DNA from: Trichoplax adhaerens
Lineage: Eukaryota > Animalia > Placozoa
Direction of reading: 5' to 3'
NCBI RefSeq assembly: GCF_000150275.1
Contig: NW_002060944.1
Span: 685,614 to 749,613, forward strand
DNA: 64,000 nt
Below the pieces are notes generated by a model. It had not been told where the DNA came from. It did no database searches and worked only from the letters and a program-made list of their open reading frames with translations. Position 1 is the stretch's first letter. Each line of letters begins with the position of its first letter. A program made the position numbers and the translations under genes. Shown here piece after piece: positions 1 through 14,200 of this stretch.

Positions 1-3000
1 AAATATTTATTTTCAGATAACTTTTTTCCAGCAGCAGCTTTTTCAAATATTTCTAGTAAAATTTCCAACTAGCAGATGCAAATATACAGTATTAGTTAGA
101 ATGATGTCTTAAACTTGAATGACAGAGCTGGTAAAGATGCACCACCTTTGATAGACACGTTGGAGAAGTAAGTACGACTTTCTCGTAGTACCATGACAAA
201 TAGTAGTCCCACATTTGCACTAAATCAAGTAGCAAGAATTTGTAAATTATTCGATACAAGAATAAGTTAAAATACTGTATGTATCTATGATATCACTATA
301 CCAGTATTAAGTTGTTTTAATCCTTCCTCGTATCGTAACTGTACACGTTCAATCAGATCTTCTATTTCGTTACCTTACAATAATGAATAACTTTCACCGT
401 TAGTTAAGACTTCGTTATAAAATTTATAATACTGACGCAACATTGCTAAGGCACCGTTGTAGCTAGATGCCTTACCTGGTAGCGCATTTATATCAGGATG
501 ATCATCATATTCTTTTTCGGCAAAGAAATGCCAACTAGCTTCTTGATCGGGAAAGTCATCTAACAAACTATTATGCGAGACAAGCTGATCAAAATGTACT
601 TTCATTGTAATTACCTAGGTTGTTATGAATTAGAATTATTCCAATACTACTTACCTATTATAAATTGCGTCTCGATACTGCTTTGTTGATTCAAATAATT
701 TGTAAATTCCAATAAATGACATTCTAAATTCAATATCATCTAAGCAAGTTATGTAATAATAGGCAAAGAAGAGATTTGTTTAACATCGACTTATTGCAAG
801 GCATCTATGAGAATAATTCCATTCCAGAGCTACAATTAAATGATTATATCTATTTACGATTTATTCGGCCTTTCAATTACCTGGTATCGCCTTGACAGCA
901 TTTTGATAGACTACGTCAGCAATTTTGTTAGCAAAAAATTCATCCGACATTTCACCGGAATCCTATTAAAATCGTACCATAGATATTCTTCAGGAATACA
1001 GCGCTTTATTATTAAAATATACAAGTTTCCAATGCGTCTATTGCATTACTAACGTCTTGATTCGGTTCGCTGATATTGAGTACTTGTCGCCTTTTACGCA
1101 TCTAGAATATATAGTTTTTAAATGAAAGAAGAAATTACTTTACTATAAAAATGGTAGTCATCCTAGCAAAGCGATGAGACTTTGAACGCAACATGTTATA
1201 TCACAGTAATTTATCTAGCAGTATAGTTAATCACCTTGTCAACATAAAGCAATTCCAATCGAAAATACTAAAAAACAAGTTAGTAAAAAAGATAATTTTA
1301 ATCCGCATTCAAGTAAGTTATATAAACTAGAATTGAAATATAATTAAACATTGTAAACAACATACTTCCGGCCATAGTGATTTTGACGTAGAGTTTCTTC
1401 TAATTGCAAGTTGCATGATTCGTCTAGAGGTATCCGTTTTTAAGCGTGAAGAAAGTAAGATTCTAAAAATTTTCGCATTCATAGTATCTACAAGATTACT
1501 TTAACTTCAGTTGTTACCTAGCATTATCAATATCTTTGTTATCTTCAAATTCCCACTTGGCAGCCATAATCCAAAATTCTATGGATATAAACGATAATTT
1601 TCATAAATCGCATACCGATAAGCATTGAACCTATTCATTCAGATGTTCAATTTGTATATATATATTACGATTAAATATGTAATATTCTTACCTGATCTGT
1701 AAGGGTGAGCTTGTAACATTCTAGAGAAGGCTTTGCTTACAACTTTGGTACTACCCTATAAATTTTAATATTATCCGCATGAAAGTACATTAATATCGAT
1801 AGTTGTCAACAAGCCCAATTTCACATTCAAGATAATAAGTTATTATCTCTAGCATAAGTACTATTTACAGGATATTAAATTTTACCATATTTTTGGAAAA
1901 TGCAATATATTCCAGCCAAAGTTTTGAATCACTCTACGATATTATAATAACAGTTTGTTACTTAAGATTTCTCGGTTTGTTAATAACGTCATACTCTTAT
2001 ATTGGCAAAAATGATATTTTATCTCTTTCCTATAGGAAACACTAAGTATAAATTATTATATGTGTCTCATTGCTGCTTTGCAGCTAAATCAATTTACAGC
2101 GTCTACGTTCTTACCCTAAATTTTCTTAATGCTTTCTATAGTGGTTTATAATTTGCAGGGGGTGTTAAAAAAAAAGGGAAGATACAACCATTAACTTTAG
2201 TAAATCGTTGACATTATTGAATTGAATAATTCATAAGCGTACTTGATAAAGTCGATGAATTCGGTTAATAATTGCAAAGTCGACAGTTTTTTTCTTATTG
2301 TAGATACCAAGTTTCTTTATATACAACACGCATACATACAAATCAGGTGATAAATGTGTCAACGTTAGTGAGATACGTCGCGCAAGCTAGGAAGGGTGGA
2401 TTTTTATACTATTGCTCATGCGAATTGATATTTGTAATGTAAAAGTACTTACTGATACAGTATAGGTTATGGTGTATAAGATAATTAGTAATCAGTAAGA
2501 CAAGTGAGATTACTGTATTGTAGAATCAACTAAAGAATAACAAGAGATTATCGTTTGCAACAAGAACTACCCATCCATTACGGTCATATGCATTGTAGAA
2601 GTACTATATTTATGGATTGCAATTTCCGCATTAGTACAATTTTATTGCATGCTTTGTGTGGGTACAATATTCATTGCTGATACCTCTATTTCCATCGTTC
2701 TATTATTGGCGTTTCTGCTACTGATAGGGATAATGTAAGGTAGGCATGCTACTTATTCATGTAATAGCTATTAATATTATTGGAGATGCATAAGAGCTCA
2801 CCCGCTTCCTGTTATTTCTTTCCGCTTCTAAATTCATTTCATGCTGAAATTAAAAAAATAATTTAAGTCAATTCCAGTATTTTAAAGCTACCATTATGAT
2901 ATCAACATGCTCTACTAAACTAGCACATGTTATGATATGCAGTCTTGCGTCCGAGCCTCTCAATATGCAATTTTGTACAGTTTGGTTGTACTTTGCAATC

Positions 3001-3980
3001 CATTCATGCATACCATACCTTGATATATCGTATAAAATCGATCTTTCTAACTACGCGACGTTGCAATTGATATTCGTAATGAGTACGTTTCTTAACCAAG
3101 GCTCTAACAATTGATAAATACATACTTTATAAGTTAAAAAGTAGCCAAATACAGCATTCGCGCAACGTTGAATCGGTCATTAAGGACACAAAGCGATACT
3201 GGTAGGCTGGCTGGATAAATACTAGTACAATAGTGATATATGATTGCAATGAGAATAATGGAGCTGAATCATGCCATTTTTTAATGCTCAAAGGTGGGTC
3301 TACAATGAGCAAATCTAGTGAGATAATTGTATCAAGATAATTAATTCTATGATTGAAGTTTGGACTGCACCCATTTGCATGCTTGTTGTAAGGTGTAAGG
3401 GATCAAGTTGTAGAAAGTATGCTAGTACTGTATTCATAAGCTAGTGCTAATTTATAGAGGTGTCAGAGGTTGAGTTCTGCTCAAAGATGTAAGATCGATG
3501 AAGCAACTGGATATGTTGATTCAGTAAGCCAATAGTAATATATAATTCTTTTCAATAAAACTGGTATACAGTAATGTATCAGCAGAACTGTATCCTTTAC
3601 CTGACTGAAGGTATTTTTGAACTCTATGGAAGTACAAGATGTTGTATAGTATCTCGTGGCATCATGTACTATTCCTCGTGTACGAGTATAACATTCATCA
3701 ACCATTTTCCATTGACACAGTACAGAAATGTGCATGTTTTGTATGCATATCCTATCTAGTCAATCTAATCGACAGTATATTCTGTCGTTTCTAATATTAT
3801 GAGGCATTATAACTTTATTCTACTCCATTAATAAACCGATAGCACACTTAGGTAGTAAGACGATGATAGCACAAAAATGAATCAACACCTGATTTCATCT
3901 CGAGTAAACAAGTTATTTTCTTGCATGTCTTCCAATTCTGGTAGCATTTGCTCCAGTGCTCGTTGGACGAATTCCGCCAT
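1..3980 (-). CDS. UTP6: U3 snoRNA-associated protein 6 (HAT-repeat SSU processome factor), multi-exon, 3' end beyond window
   Basis: Exon 1 (3980-3889) reads MAEFVQRALEQMLPELEDMQENNLFTRDEIR. Later GT-AG exons give ALVKKRTHYEYQLQRRVVRKIDFIRYIK, HEMNLEAERNNRKR, KLWLEYIAF, SKAFSRMLQAHPYRS, FWIMAAKWEFED, YFRLELLYVDK and QMWDYYLSW, colinear with UTP6. Confidence 0.93.
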
Positions 3981-4530
3981 AGTTTATTTCTTTCTTTCTA
4001 TGCAAGCTAAAGGAGTTGGTAGAAATAGTCCAAGTAGGGTTTGCTGAAGGTTCTTTTTGTCTTGCAGCAGCTCCACCATTAATAGTATAGAATTATGATT
4101 ACTCGAATAATACAGTACCTCTTGTTTCATACAGTTTACTTACACGTTCTCAGAGAATTACCACAGTACGATGCTGCTGTACAGTATGACTGCGCACACT
4201 ATTTCGTTACAGACAGACGGTACAGACCTTCAGTGTACTAGAAAGTTGTTAATTTGAGTCAAAAGCAGTAGAAAATGAAGGTGTCGTGAAGGGAGTCCAG
4301 TCCAGTCCAGTCCGGTCCAGCCCAGTAGATTTACTGTAATTGACTAGGTTGGGCGTTTTCCGATTCCAAAGTTGTCATAGTAACCGCCGTGCGGTACAGT
4401 GCGAAAGGCTTGTGAGGCACTTTGCACTGTACCTCTAGCTAAAATGGCCGTTAATCATACTCTATATTCTTATTCATGAACTACTTACGTATCGTGCGTG
4501 ATCAATGAAATCGAATCATTTTATATCTGA

Positions 4531-4876
4531 TACACGGTACGGTATAAAGTTACTGAACCTCTGTTAAATGAGCACATTATCGTAAACCGTCAGTAAAGCG
4601 ACGGGAGCTTGCACTAATATATACTGTATATATATATATTATACAGTATGAATGAGTGGGTAAGAGTGTTCCACATAGCTAAAAATGGAGAGTTACTGTA
4701 AGATTAGAGAAATGCGGTATGTATATCAGTATACAGTATGTCATACACTCTACTACTACACAGTACACGGTATAAAGTTACTGAACCTCTGACAGGTCTA
4801 CGACAAATGGTAATACTATCTGTTAAATGAGCACATTATCGTAAATCGTCAGCAAAGCGACGGGAGTTTGCACTAG
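4531..4876. repeat. Two-copy direct duplication (about 80 bp, offset about 232 bp); second copy has a 31-bp insert
   Basis: cggtataaagttactgaacctctg..ttaaatgagcacattatcgtaaa..aaagcgacgggag..tgcacta occurs at about 4540-4615 and 4767-4875. Confidence 0.9.
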
Positions 4877-5387
4877 TACAGTACAGTATACAATATACTG
4901 TACAGTACAGTACTTCACTCTGCGTACAGTGTACAGTATACAGTATGTCAATACAGTACTCGTCCGGTAGCACTAGCAGTGATGGATTGTAAACAGATAG
5001 CGACTGCGTCAAGGGCCAATCATTGATGCGTGCGTATTGGAATCTCCTATGCTGGCTATGCATGTCGAATTTACTAGAATATTTGTTTTAGGGATTGTCG
5101 ATTTTGGCTATCCGCATAAGTCTTGATGAAAAGTTGATATGTTGGTGTCCTTCTTTTCACTACATTTGTTGGAGAACATATTGCAGATATACGATAGTTA
5201 TGTAAATCTACTTATGGGCAGTAACTTTCGTAGACGCGTCTTGTATTTACTGTAGAACAAGTGTGGGTTCGACTAAAGAATATTGATTAAGATTGATCTT
5301 GGTCAATTTCTTTTCAAGCTAAAGAGTTAGTGGATCTAGACCTGACTGTGGATCCCATTGACAATCCACATTGTAGAAGAGTATAGA

Positions 5388-5905
5388 AACTATAGAAAAG
5401 AGGTAGAAAAGGGAAATTGTATAGAAAGGCATTTGTGTCGTCTATCCGAGATGATCCGAGTTGGTCTAAATAGTCCAAGTTGGGTTTGCTGAGCGTTCTT
5501 TTGCCTCTGCAATGCTGCAGCAGTGACACCATTCATTACAATTGAAATGGTAGTCTGCTTGCAGTTGATTTCTACTTCACTCCCTCTTACTGCACGCTCT
5601 GCAGAGCCTTCCTTCAGCAGGCTGAGGTAGACTGATTTCGAGTTCAATCCAGAGTGTTTTTTTCTCTTCACTCTATGGGTAACAGTACTGTTAACTATAG
5701 AAAAGAGGTAGAAAAGGGAAATTGTATAGAAAGGCATTTGTGCCGTCTATCCGAGATGATTGGAGTTGGTCTAAATAGTCCAAGCAAGGTACGTTGACAC
5801 GATGAACTTTTGCACGCTTACTGCACGCTGTGCAGAGCCTTCCTTCAGCAGGCTTGAGGTAGAGTGATTGGAGTTCAATCCAGAGTGTTTTTTCTCTTCA
5901 CTCTA
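5388..5905. repeat. Direct duplication of about 305 bp; second copy about 74 bp shorter internally
   Basis: aactatagaaaagaggtagaaaagggaaattg.. at 5388 and 5693; cttactgcacgct..ctcttcactcta at 5586 and 5817. Confidence 0.9.
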
Positions 5906-5923
5906 CTGTACAGTACTACAGTA

Positions 5924-6265
5924 TACTGTCTCTCATGGCTGTCATTGCAACACGCTTCAATGTCCATCCGTACCGTACCGTACCATACATGCGCATTGCA
6001 TTGTGTCATGATGGATTGCGCAATGTGCACTCTTGTTCTTGACTCCCTTCCGAAAAGAAGGACAGACTGACGGCGGACGCTGCAGGACTTACTGTACTGT
6101 ACTGTCTCTCATGGCTGTCATTGCAACACGCTTCAATGTCCATCCGTACCGTACCGTACCATACATGCGCATTGCATTGTGTCATGGTGGATTGCGCAAT
6201 GTGCACTCTTGTTCTTGACTCCCTTCCGAAAAGAAGGACAGACTGACAGCGGACGCTGCAGGACA
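5924..6265. repeat. Near-identical 176-bp tandem duplication upstream of SLC25A10 copy A
   Basis: tactgtctctcatggctgtcattgcaacacgc...gaaaagaaggacagactgac..cggacgctgcagga occurs twice with period 176. Confidence 0.95.
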
Positions 6266-6458
6266 GACTGGACTGTGGACGTGATTGATCGACGTCACAG
6301 CCACCGGTCAGCCCACTTGTCGTGGATCGGAAACGGTACCAGGACCAAGAGACGTCAAACAAGTGGACGGTCGACGTTCAACTCGTTCTCCAATCAATCA
6401 ACAGGTGTTGCAATAGCGTTGCTGGAAGAAGAGGATGACAAAAACTAATTTAGCCGCC

Positions 6459-9400
6459 ATGCCTAATCAAGGACCAAGGAAAGTAGCCGCTTGGTATGAT
6501 GGTGGTCTAGCTGGTGCTGCTGCTGCATGTTTTACCCATCCACTTGATCTCGTCAAGGTATAGCGATCGTTCACGCTAGCTATCTCCTCTACCCATCGAC
6601 AGTATTCTTCCACATCCACCAACTACTCATCTCGTTGATGAAACAACTTGAAAGTAACCAAGCACAAGCGATCGCTACATGCACAATTCTGCTTGTATTG
6701 ATTGTTGTTTTTCGCGACCCATTTTTCCACATCCACTAACTACTCATCTCGTTGATGAAACAACTTGAAAGTAACCAAGCACAAGCGATCGTTACATGCA
6801 CAATTCTGCTTCTATTGATTGTTGTTTTTCGCTACTCATTCTTATACATCCACTAACTACTCCACTCGTGGATGAAACAACTTGAAAGTAACCAACAATA
6901 ACCGGTTGATCGCTACTTGCACAATTCTGCTTCTATTGATTATTGTTTTTCTCGAGCTATTCTTGCATATCCACTGACTACTCAACTTGTTGATGAAACA
7001 ACTTGAAGTTTAAAGTAACCAACAACAGCCGATCGCTACATGCACAATTCTACTTCTATTGATTGTTGTTTTTCGCTACTCATTCTTGCACATCCGCTGA
7101 CTACTCCACTCGTGGATGAAACATCTTGAAAGTAACCAACAATAACCGGTTGATCGCTACATGCACAATTCTGCTTCCATTTTTGTTGTTTTCTACATGC
7201 AGAATTGTTCAACTATTGATTTTTGTTTTTACATCATTCCAACTTGCTTGAATTTCATATTGCTTCCATGACTAATCCTATTCTAGAATGATAGATAGAT
7301 CGATACTGTATATATACATATAGTATAATCATCCATGGTCAGAGAAGGAGTCGATAACATCCATTTCTTCTGACTAGTTTTGAGGGGAGGTTAAAACTAG
7401 TATTGCATCACTTTGTTTGATTTGCTGGTCATATTGTAACCTAATTTTATTTTTATTTACTCTTCTTCACACTGCATAATCGTGATCGTATTCAAACACT
7501 CGCTAGTACTGCCAATCCAGTGGATTGCTTTTCCCCTTGGTGTACAGTAGGACGATAGAGTGAGTGGACGATACACGAAAGCAACTCATGGACGCCTGAA
7601 CGAGTCATCATAGGACGGAAGCACGCCACCGCCCTCCAACTTTTTCTCTTCAAACCATTCATTTCATCGCCATTAATACAAATGTCGTTGCCCCCTACGG
7701 CATTATTAAATCCATTATAGTGCCGGCACGTTGAGGTGTTGCCATTAAATGCATCATTGACTTGGTTACATCTTTCCATCAAGATTTGAAACTGATTTGA
7801 AATCAGGATGGCCATGGATGATTTACAAACAGTCATTTCAATTGAATTGGATTGATATCGTGAGGGTAGTCTAAAGCACTTAATCCGTAATATTATTCTG
7901 TGATAATCCTTCCTTTCACGCGGATATTCATACGATCGATGAAAGTGGATTATTACGTCAACTTATTCCATTTCAATTATTCTAACCTTGAGAAGGGGGC
8001 ATCTCTATTCCATCCTATTATCGATCATCATCGATACAAGCTCTTGGTGCATGGATCGTTTATTGATACCAGCAACAAATCATCACCACTCTTGCCAATA
8101 TTGTTATCAATCATAAAAAAAATCAAAATTACATTACAATATCGCTTATTACCATAGTAGCGATAAATTGACAGGATAACCAACCCATATATTTTCATCA
8201 CATGTACTGTATATTACCCTATCTACAAATGGATTAAAGATACGAGTACTAGTAGATTCTAGATAAACATTGCAATATTGATTTTATCTAGTAATAAGAA
8301 TAGAATGAAGAATTGACTTTTGTGGTACCATAGGTCCATCTGCAAACACAACAGCAGGCATCGATGGGCGCATCTCGGATGGCCATTAATGTTGTCAAAA
8401 CGGATGGTATTACAGCACTTTATACCGGTTTATCAGCCTCAGTCATGCGGCAGGTAAGAGGATACTTGCAGATTCGTATGCCATCAATTGACTTTGTATG
8501 ATATAACGTACGTTTTAAAGTGTATTTACTGCTCATAGAGTAGTTGCACCTTTGCCAACCAGTAGCAACGATAATTAATTATATGCGACTAGATTACCTC
8601 TATGTATTAATTATCTTGTATTCAATTATCTCAAATAAAGGAGATAAATGAGTATCATATCAATACTGTGGTACCTTTCCATAATTATTTTTTTTGTATT
8701 TCTATGGTCACAGCGGTGACCATAACTTACCTGTTACTGCTACTTATAAAAAGTTCTACAGTAACTGCCAGAAATAGAAAATGGCTCGTCAATGTATAGT
8801 ACTTATTTATTTTGATATCCTATTCTAGCTGACGTACTCCACCGCCAGATTTGCTATTTATGATTATTTAAAAACGAAATTCCAGCATGGAAATGATCCT
8901 CTTCCATTCATTCAAAAGATAGGCATCGCCGCTGTAGGAGGTATGCAAATGCTATGACTTACGCACAACTAATGATGTCTTACAAGTGTACATTAAATAA
9001 ATAAAGAATTCGCGATACTGGAGTTTACAAATTTTCTACGACTAAGTAATTTTCCTCACATCTCAAATACCTAATTGGCCTTACAGCGATAACGCATCTA
9101 CTATACAGATTTACTGTAATTAGGGCTTACTGGATTTATGATTTTGTTCATGCTACGATATTGATATTATTATTATTACTCGTTAATAGTCGTTATACCT
9201 ATTATACGTGCATTTTACCATGCTAGTGACGTAATACGTACACCTGATGGAGATTGCATTTTAAACTGGAAATTATACCGTAGTTCTAAATCAATCTGAA
9301 CGCAACATATCTCTCTGCAACCTCATCAGCGTTTCACTTCACATCGAAAAACTGTAGAAACTTTGCGTTGTACCGACGTAATCATATCATGATTCAGTAG

Positions 9401-11276
9401 TTTTTTTTGGCGGATAATTGATCGTCAATGAGCTGTGATGTTGAATAAGCGGTTATAGTATTAAAAACGCTTGTACGTCAAAGTCTACGATTTCTACAGC
9501 GATCATATGGAAAAGTAATTCTTTATAATCGAATCAAAATAGTAAAATACGCTTATCCACACTTTGCTTCAATAAGCAATTTTTTTTACATACTTATATA
9601 GGTGCTGTGGGAGGTATTGTTGGCAATCCTGCTGACATGGTGAACGTCAGGTGGGAATTCTTATGTATACATAGCGATATATCATTGAATTTCTGTAGAT
9701 ATAGGATTGCATTCAACATAGACTGCCCTTTTTGTGATATTTAATCAAGTCTGTACTATTTCAACCGTTAGTACACTTTGCTTGCTTAACTGTAAAGATT
9801 ACGATGACGGTCTTTGATAGCATAGCATAACATAGCGGATTAAGACATAGGTTAAACCCTTTTATATCACTCTTTATTAAAGACAATTTTTGGTATTCAT
9901 AGGATGCAAAATGATGTCAAAATACCAAAAGAAAATCGCAGAAAGTAATTTCATAAGCCTACATCGGAATTTTATCTGTCGCGAAATTTACATTAGATTT
10001 TAAATCCATATCAACATGTTTTCCACGCTAAAGATATTCAAAATTATTGCCATAGAACAACAACATATTTCAGTAGACTGTGATATTGTTGATCTTAAAT
10101 CAATATCGATCAAGTTATGTGATACTAACGTAAGCTAAAATTTTCGATAAATTATTTTTCTTTTGAAAGTTATCGCCACGTATTTGATGGCTTGCGAAGA
10201 GTAGCAGCGGAAGGTAATTGAATATATTCTTCAACGAAAATGGTAGTTATGGTATTAGTTTATATTGCATGACAATAGTTCAAAAATGATCTCGCTCATC
10301 CATTTCATAGAGGGAGTACCAAAGTGGTTTACTGGCGTAACAATGACTGCCAGTCGTGCTATTTTGATGACTATTGCTCAGGTTGCTGTCTACGATCAAG
10401 CTAAGCAAATGCTGCTGACTACTGGGTATGCTTAGAGATAATATACCGACTTTGTAATTTATCCTTGTTATTGCTGTATTATTATTCGTTTTTTCCCATA
10501 GCAGTAATCGCATGACTGACTATCTTCTATGAACAATTTGTAGGTACTTTGTAGATAATCCAATTACTCATTTTACAGCAAGTACTATTGCAGTAAGTAA
10601 TATCATGCTTAAACAAAGACAGTAATCTTATAGTAAAGTTCATGCATGCTTTATTTAATATTCGCTCGGAAATGACAAAATAAATTTTGTTGTCATAGAA
10701 GTTTATGGAATACATGATAGATTAATTATTTTAATATATAGGGCACCGTTGCAACGACAATTACTCAACCTACCGATGTTATGAAGACTAGATTGATGAA
10801 TGCTAAGCCTGGAGAATTTAGAGTACGATAGTTGTTCTTTCATTGCTATAATTTATCTGTGAAGGCCTTTTCCCTTCTTGTTTATAGTATTAGATATGGA
10901 TTTAGTAGGCTACCAAATGAAAATATGTACGGTGATATTGATACTCTTAGAAGTATCACAGTTACTTTCTATCGATCTTTTTGATTAATGGCATACGTAT
11001 TTTTTCTCTCTGCAGTCGATATTTCATTGCATCCTATTCACAGCAAAGTCGGGTCCTTTATCGTTTTTCAAGGTTAGCATAAAATTTACTAAAGAAAGAG
11101 TCGTCTAGAAGTTAAAGTATAAACAGCACCGAAGATATAACGTCTTGATGAAATTTTTCCACTACTTTTAGGGATATGTTCCAGCTTGGGTAAGGTTGGC
11201 TCCACATACCATCTTGACATTCTTATTTTACGAGCAAATACGTCGTATAAATGGTTATATCTACACTGAAAAATAG
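6459..11276 (+). CDS. SLC25A10: Mitochondrial dicarboxylate carrier (SLC25A10/DIC), copy A, 11 exons
   Basis: Exons at about 6459-6557, 8334-8453, 8829-8940, 9602-9650, 9903-9944, 10170-10213, 10311-10425, 10544-10592, 10742-10822, 11016-11072 and 11172-11276. Three Px[DE]xx[KR]-type motifs (HPLDLVKVHLQT, NPADMVNVRMQND, QPTDVMKTRLMN) plus RQLTYSTARFAIYD, typical of DIC. Confidence 0.95.
6600..7200. repeat. Minisatellite, about 5 copies of 117-123 bp, in SLC25A10 copy A intron 1
   Basis: Unit acatccac..actactc..gatgaaacaacttgaaagtaacca..gatcgctacatgcacaattctgctt at about 6612, 6729, 6846, 6967 and 7090. Confidence 0.95.
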
Positions 11277-14200
11277 TAACGTGACATCCTTGAACTATGT
11301 TACGCACATCATAGGCTGGCTTACAAGTATTTATTTCAGCTTTATATGACGAAATTCTATGTCTATTTATTTAGGCACGCTTTAATTGTTTTAATTAGAA
11401 CCTAGTAAGGTATTACTCTTTAATTGAGAAGGAACTGCAAATCATGCTATTATTTATTTCCCTAGTAATATCATATCCATCTAAATCACGCTATATGAGC
11501 AATATTGTAATTAATTCATTTTTATTACATATTGGAAAATGACCATTGCCATGTGAACTTTAGTGCATGGCTAAAGTACTCTGAATTTGCTCTTGTTTAA
11601 TAGCGAAATTAGTTTTGATAAAATTATTAGTGGAACAACTTAATCATAGTTTGCATCAAGCCAACCTACAGCGAGTTTTGATCTTATTTCATTGATGATG
11701 ATGATGAAATGGTTGTATTAATTTTAGTAACTCCAACGACCATTGTGGAATAATATTTTTGATTACAAACGCTTTAAAATGATTATAATGTGACTTGTGA
11801 AAGAGTACAAGATTAGGTAGGAATCTGTACATTAGTCAACTTAGCAAATTGTTGTTCTTGTAAAAAGTTACTTATGGAAATACATTCTAATGCATGATGC
11901 AGGGTCAGACATTTTTACGTACACATTTTGTGAATAAAGATGTTTCCATGTTCCGTATAAGCTTATTCTCTGATAAGTTAGATAGAAACGGTTATTATTA
12001 TAACTAATTGTAGCAGCTGTTCAAAGTCCGGAACGGCGAATGTACGACAGTATGAACTAGTGTAATTGCTATGTATTTGAATAAATAAAAAGTTTTTCTT
12101 TTAAGTCATGATTAAATCACTTTTGTAATGTATTTGAATATATTAACTGTTTAAGTCAATGAATTGTCTAGGAGTTCCTGTATGATATGAGAACTGGTTT
12201 TGGCGGTTTATGATGTACAACACCCGAACTTTAGAGTAAGCAAACATTTCTAAAGAAGCTCTTTTAGCCAAGTAATATTCGATAGAATGCCCTGCTAAAT
12301 GTGGAAATGAAGGCATGCACAAATTTTTAATGTTACTAGAGAATGTTTCATTAGCGAATACAATAGTATTATTAATTTTGTAAAGCTTTTAATGACATGA
12401 TTATGTATTGACTATTTTAGTTTTACAAGCGTTTAGTGTTGTATGGCTAGAACTCTTCGTACTCTCTGTCAAGCTTAGGATTTCACTATAAATTGTAGAT
12501 GATGACGAAGCAGTGATATATGCTACAAATCGGTAGATATTGAACATAAATTACAGTGACCCTAGAGGTTATATAATATTTCCAAATTTTACAGTCATGC
12601 TGAAGCTATATTTTCTTGTACAGCAGAGACTGAAATCAAATTTGTAAAATATGAAAAAGTAATTAATAATTAATTATAACATGAACTAATCAAGGTCTAC
12701 GATGACGATAATTTTCTTTACTTCTATTATTATAAGTTAGTTTCATTAATGGAATTGTTAAAAGATGAAATAAGTCAAAATGGGGCATTAATGCGATGAC
12801 TTGACATGTTTAATTTTAAAAGTAAGCAATCAAAAGGAGAAAGATGTATCCATTGTTCCTAGCAAGGCCGATTTTTAATCAATTTCAGCTAAACAAAGGT
12901 CGATGGAAAGTCCATCCTACCGTTTACATAAGTTGTACCTTTGCCTGATTAAATTCTGTATAATAACCTTGTTAATATGGACGATCACCAACTGTGTGAA
13001 TATTATGATTTGTATGCAAATGAGATATGTACAGTATTGGATGCCTTTTTGGACATACTCTTCAAAACAGGCCTAGTTCGATACGGTACTTAGGTAGATT
13101 ACTGATCTTAATTTGGATTTGTAACTACAATTGAAAAGCTTCAGGATTTGCGATGGTATATTATAATTATTGGTCACACAATCAGGTAGATCGGAGAGAT
13201 TTTGGATGAAGATACTCGATAGGGATAGATTCGTTGCTACTGGCATATTCATCTCCAAGTGACAAAAATTTTTTTCATCCAATAACTCATTAAAAATGTG
13301 ATACTAGCTCACTATACAGTAGATACATTTCACTTTGCTATAAACGCTGTATTGAATGACGGACGATTCTATCAGTGATATCATCGACTCTTTTTGTGTA
13401 CATTGCTTTAACGAGATGTTTACTTTTGAAAGTTAAATACTGAATTGCAATAGGTTGTAAAGAGGAGGCGTTGGCTAGCTAACATCGTATGATCGAATGT
13501 GTTAATACTTTAGCGCTGATCATTCTGGTAATGAAAAAAAAAAATTGATTGCCTATCTAAAATAATAGGATAATATTATAATTTCGAACGGAAAGAGAAG
13601 ATTAAGTGTATCTTGAAATCTATCGTTTTAGTCTTTATATCATTTGAATAGCAAATCGATTGGAAAATGACTTACTTTCATGCGTATATGAAATCATTTA
13701 TTCTGATTATAAGCCGTCCTCTATTTCTTTAAAAATGCATCCAACTATTAGTAATAATATAGTACAATCTTTAATTACGGCCCCAAAATTATTTTACTAT
13801 TTTCGTCACCAAAATAATTATTGTATTCCGGCTAGCTTATTTGCGATGTGAAGTAATACGATTTACATTCGTGATGCGTCGTAGTCACTGTTAATGACGA
13901 TATCAGAATGAGCATTTTACAGTAGGCACTACTATTGGAGATTTGACATAAGACTTTGTATGGGTAAAATGGTATGGGCCATACAAGGCAGATAAAATAG
14001 AAGTAGAGCATGATTGCAGACTAACCGGAATAAAGTTTACAACCGCGAACATGGGTGCTGATAATTTGGTAGTTTTTGACTACAGGGCAGCATAGCTTGC
14101 AGTAAGTATACGCTGGAAAAACAGCAATAAAGAACTATTCACTGTTGTTTTAGTGGCATTGACCTACATCATTAGTTCCGAGAAGTACTGTAGGGAGCGA

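Noticed and set aside
4294-4325. Short simple repeats: (GTCCA)n here, also (GGATA)n at 52703, (CT)n at 40854, a 12-bp repeat at 14819 and a ~32-bp duplication at 26910
   Set aside because: Ordinary slippage products with no evidence of function.
7492-7836. 114-aa antisense ORF in SLC25A10 copy A intron 1
   Set aside because: No domain similarity or splice context; length compatible with chance in a locally GC-richer patch.
12170-13290. Possible decayed coding sequence between the SLC25A10 copies
   Set aside because: Stops in all frames examined and no recognisable family; BLASTX would be needed.
13950-14095. Short frame WVKWYGPYK resembling an LTR integrase GPY/F motif
   Set aside because: Only about 47 codons bounded by stops; no RT, integrase core or LTRs nearby.
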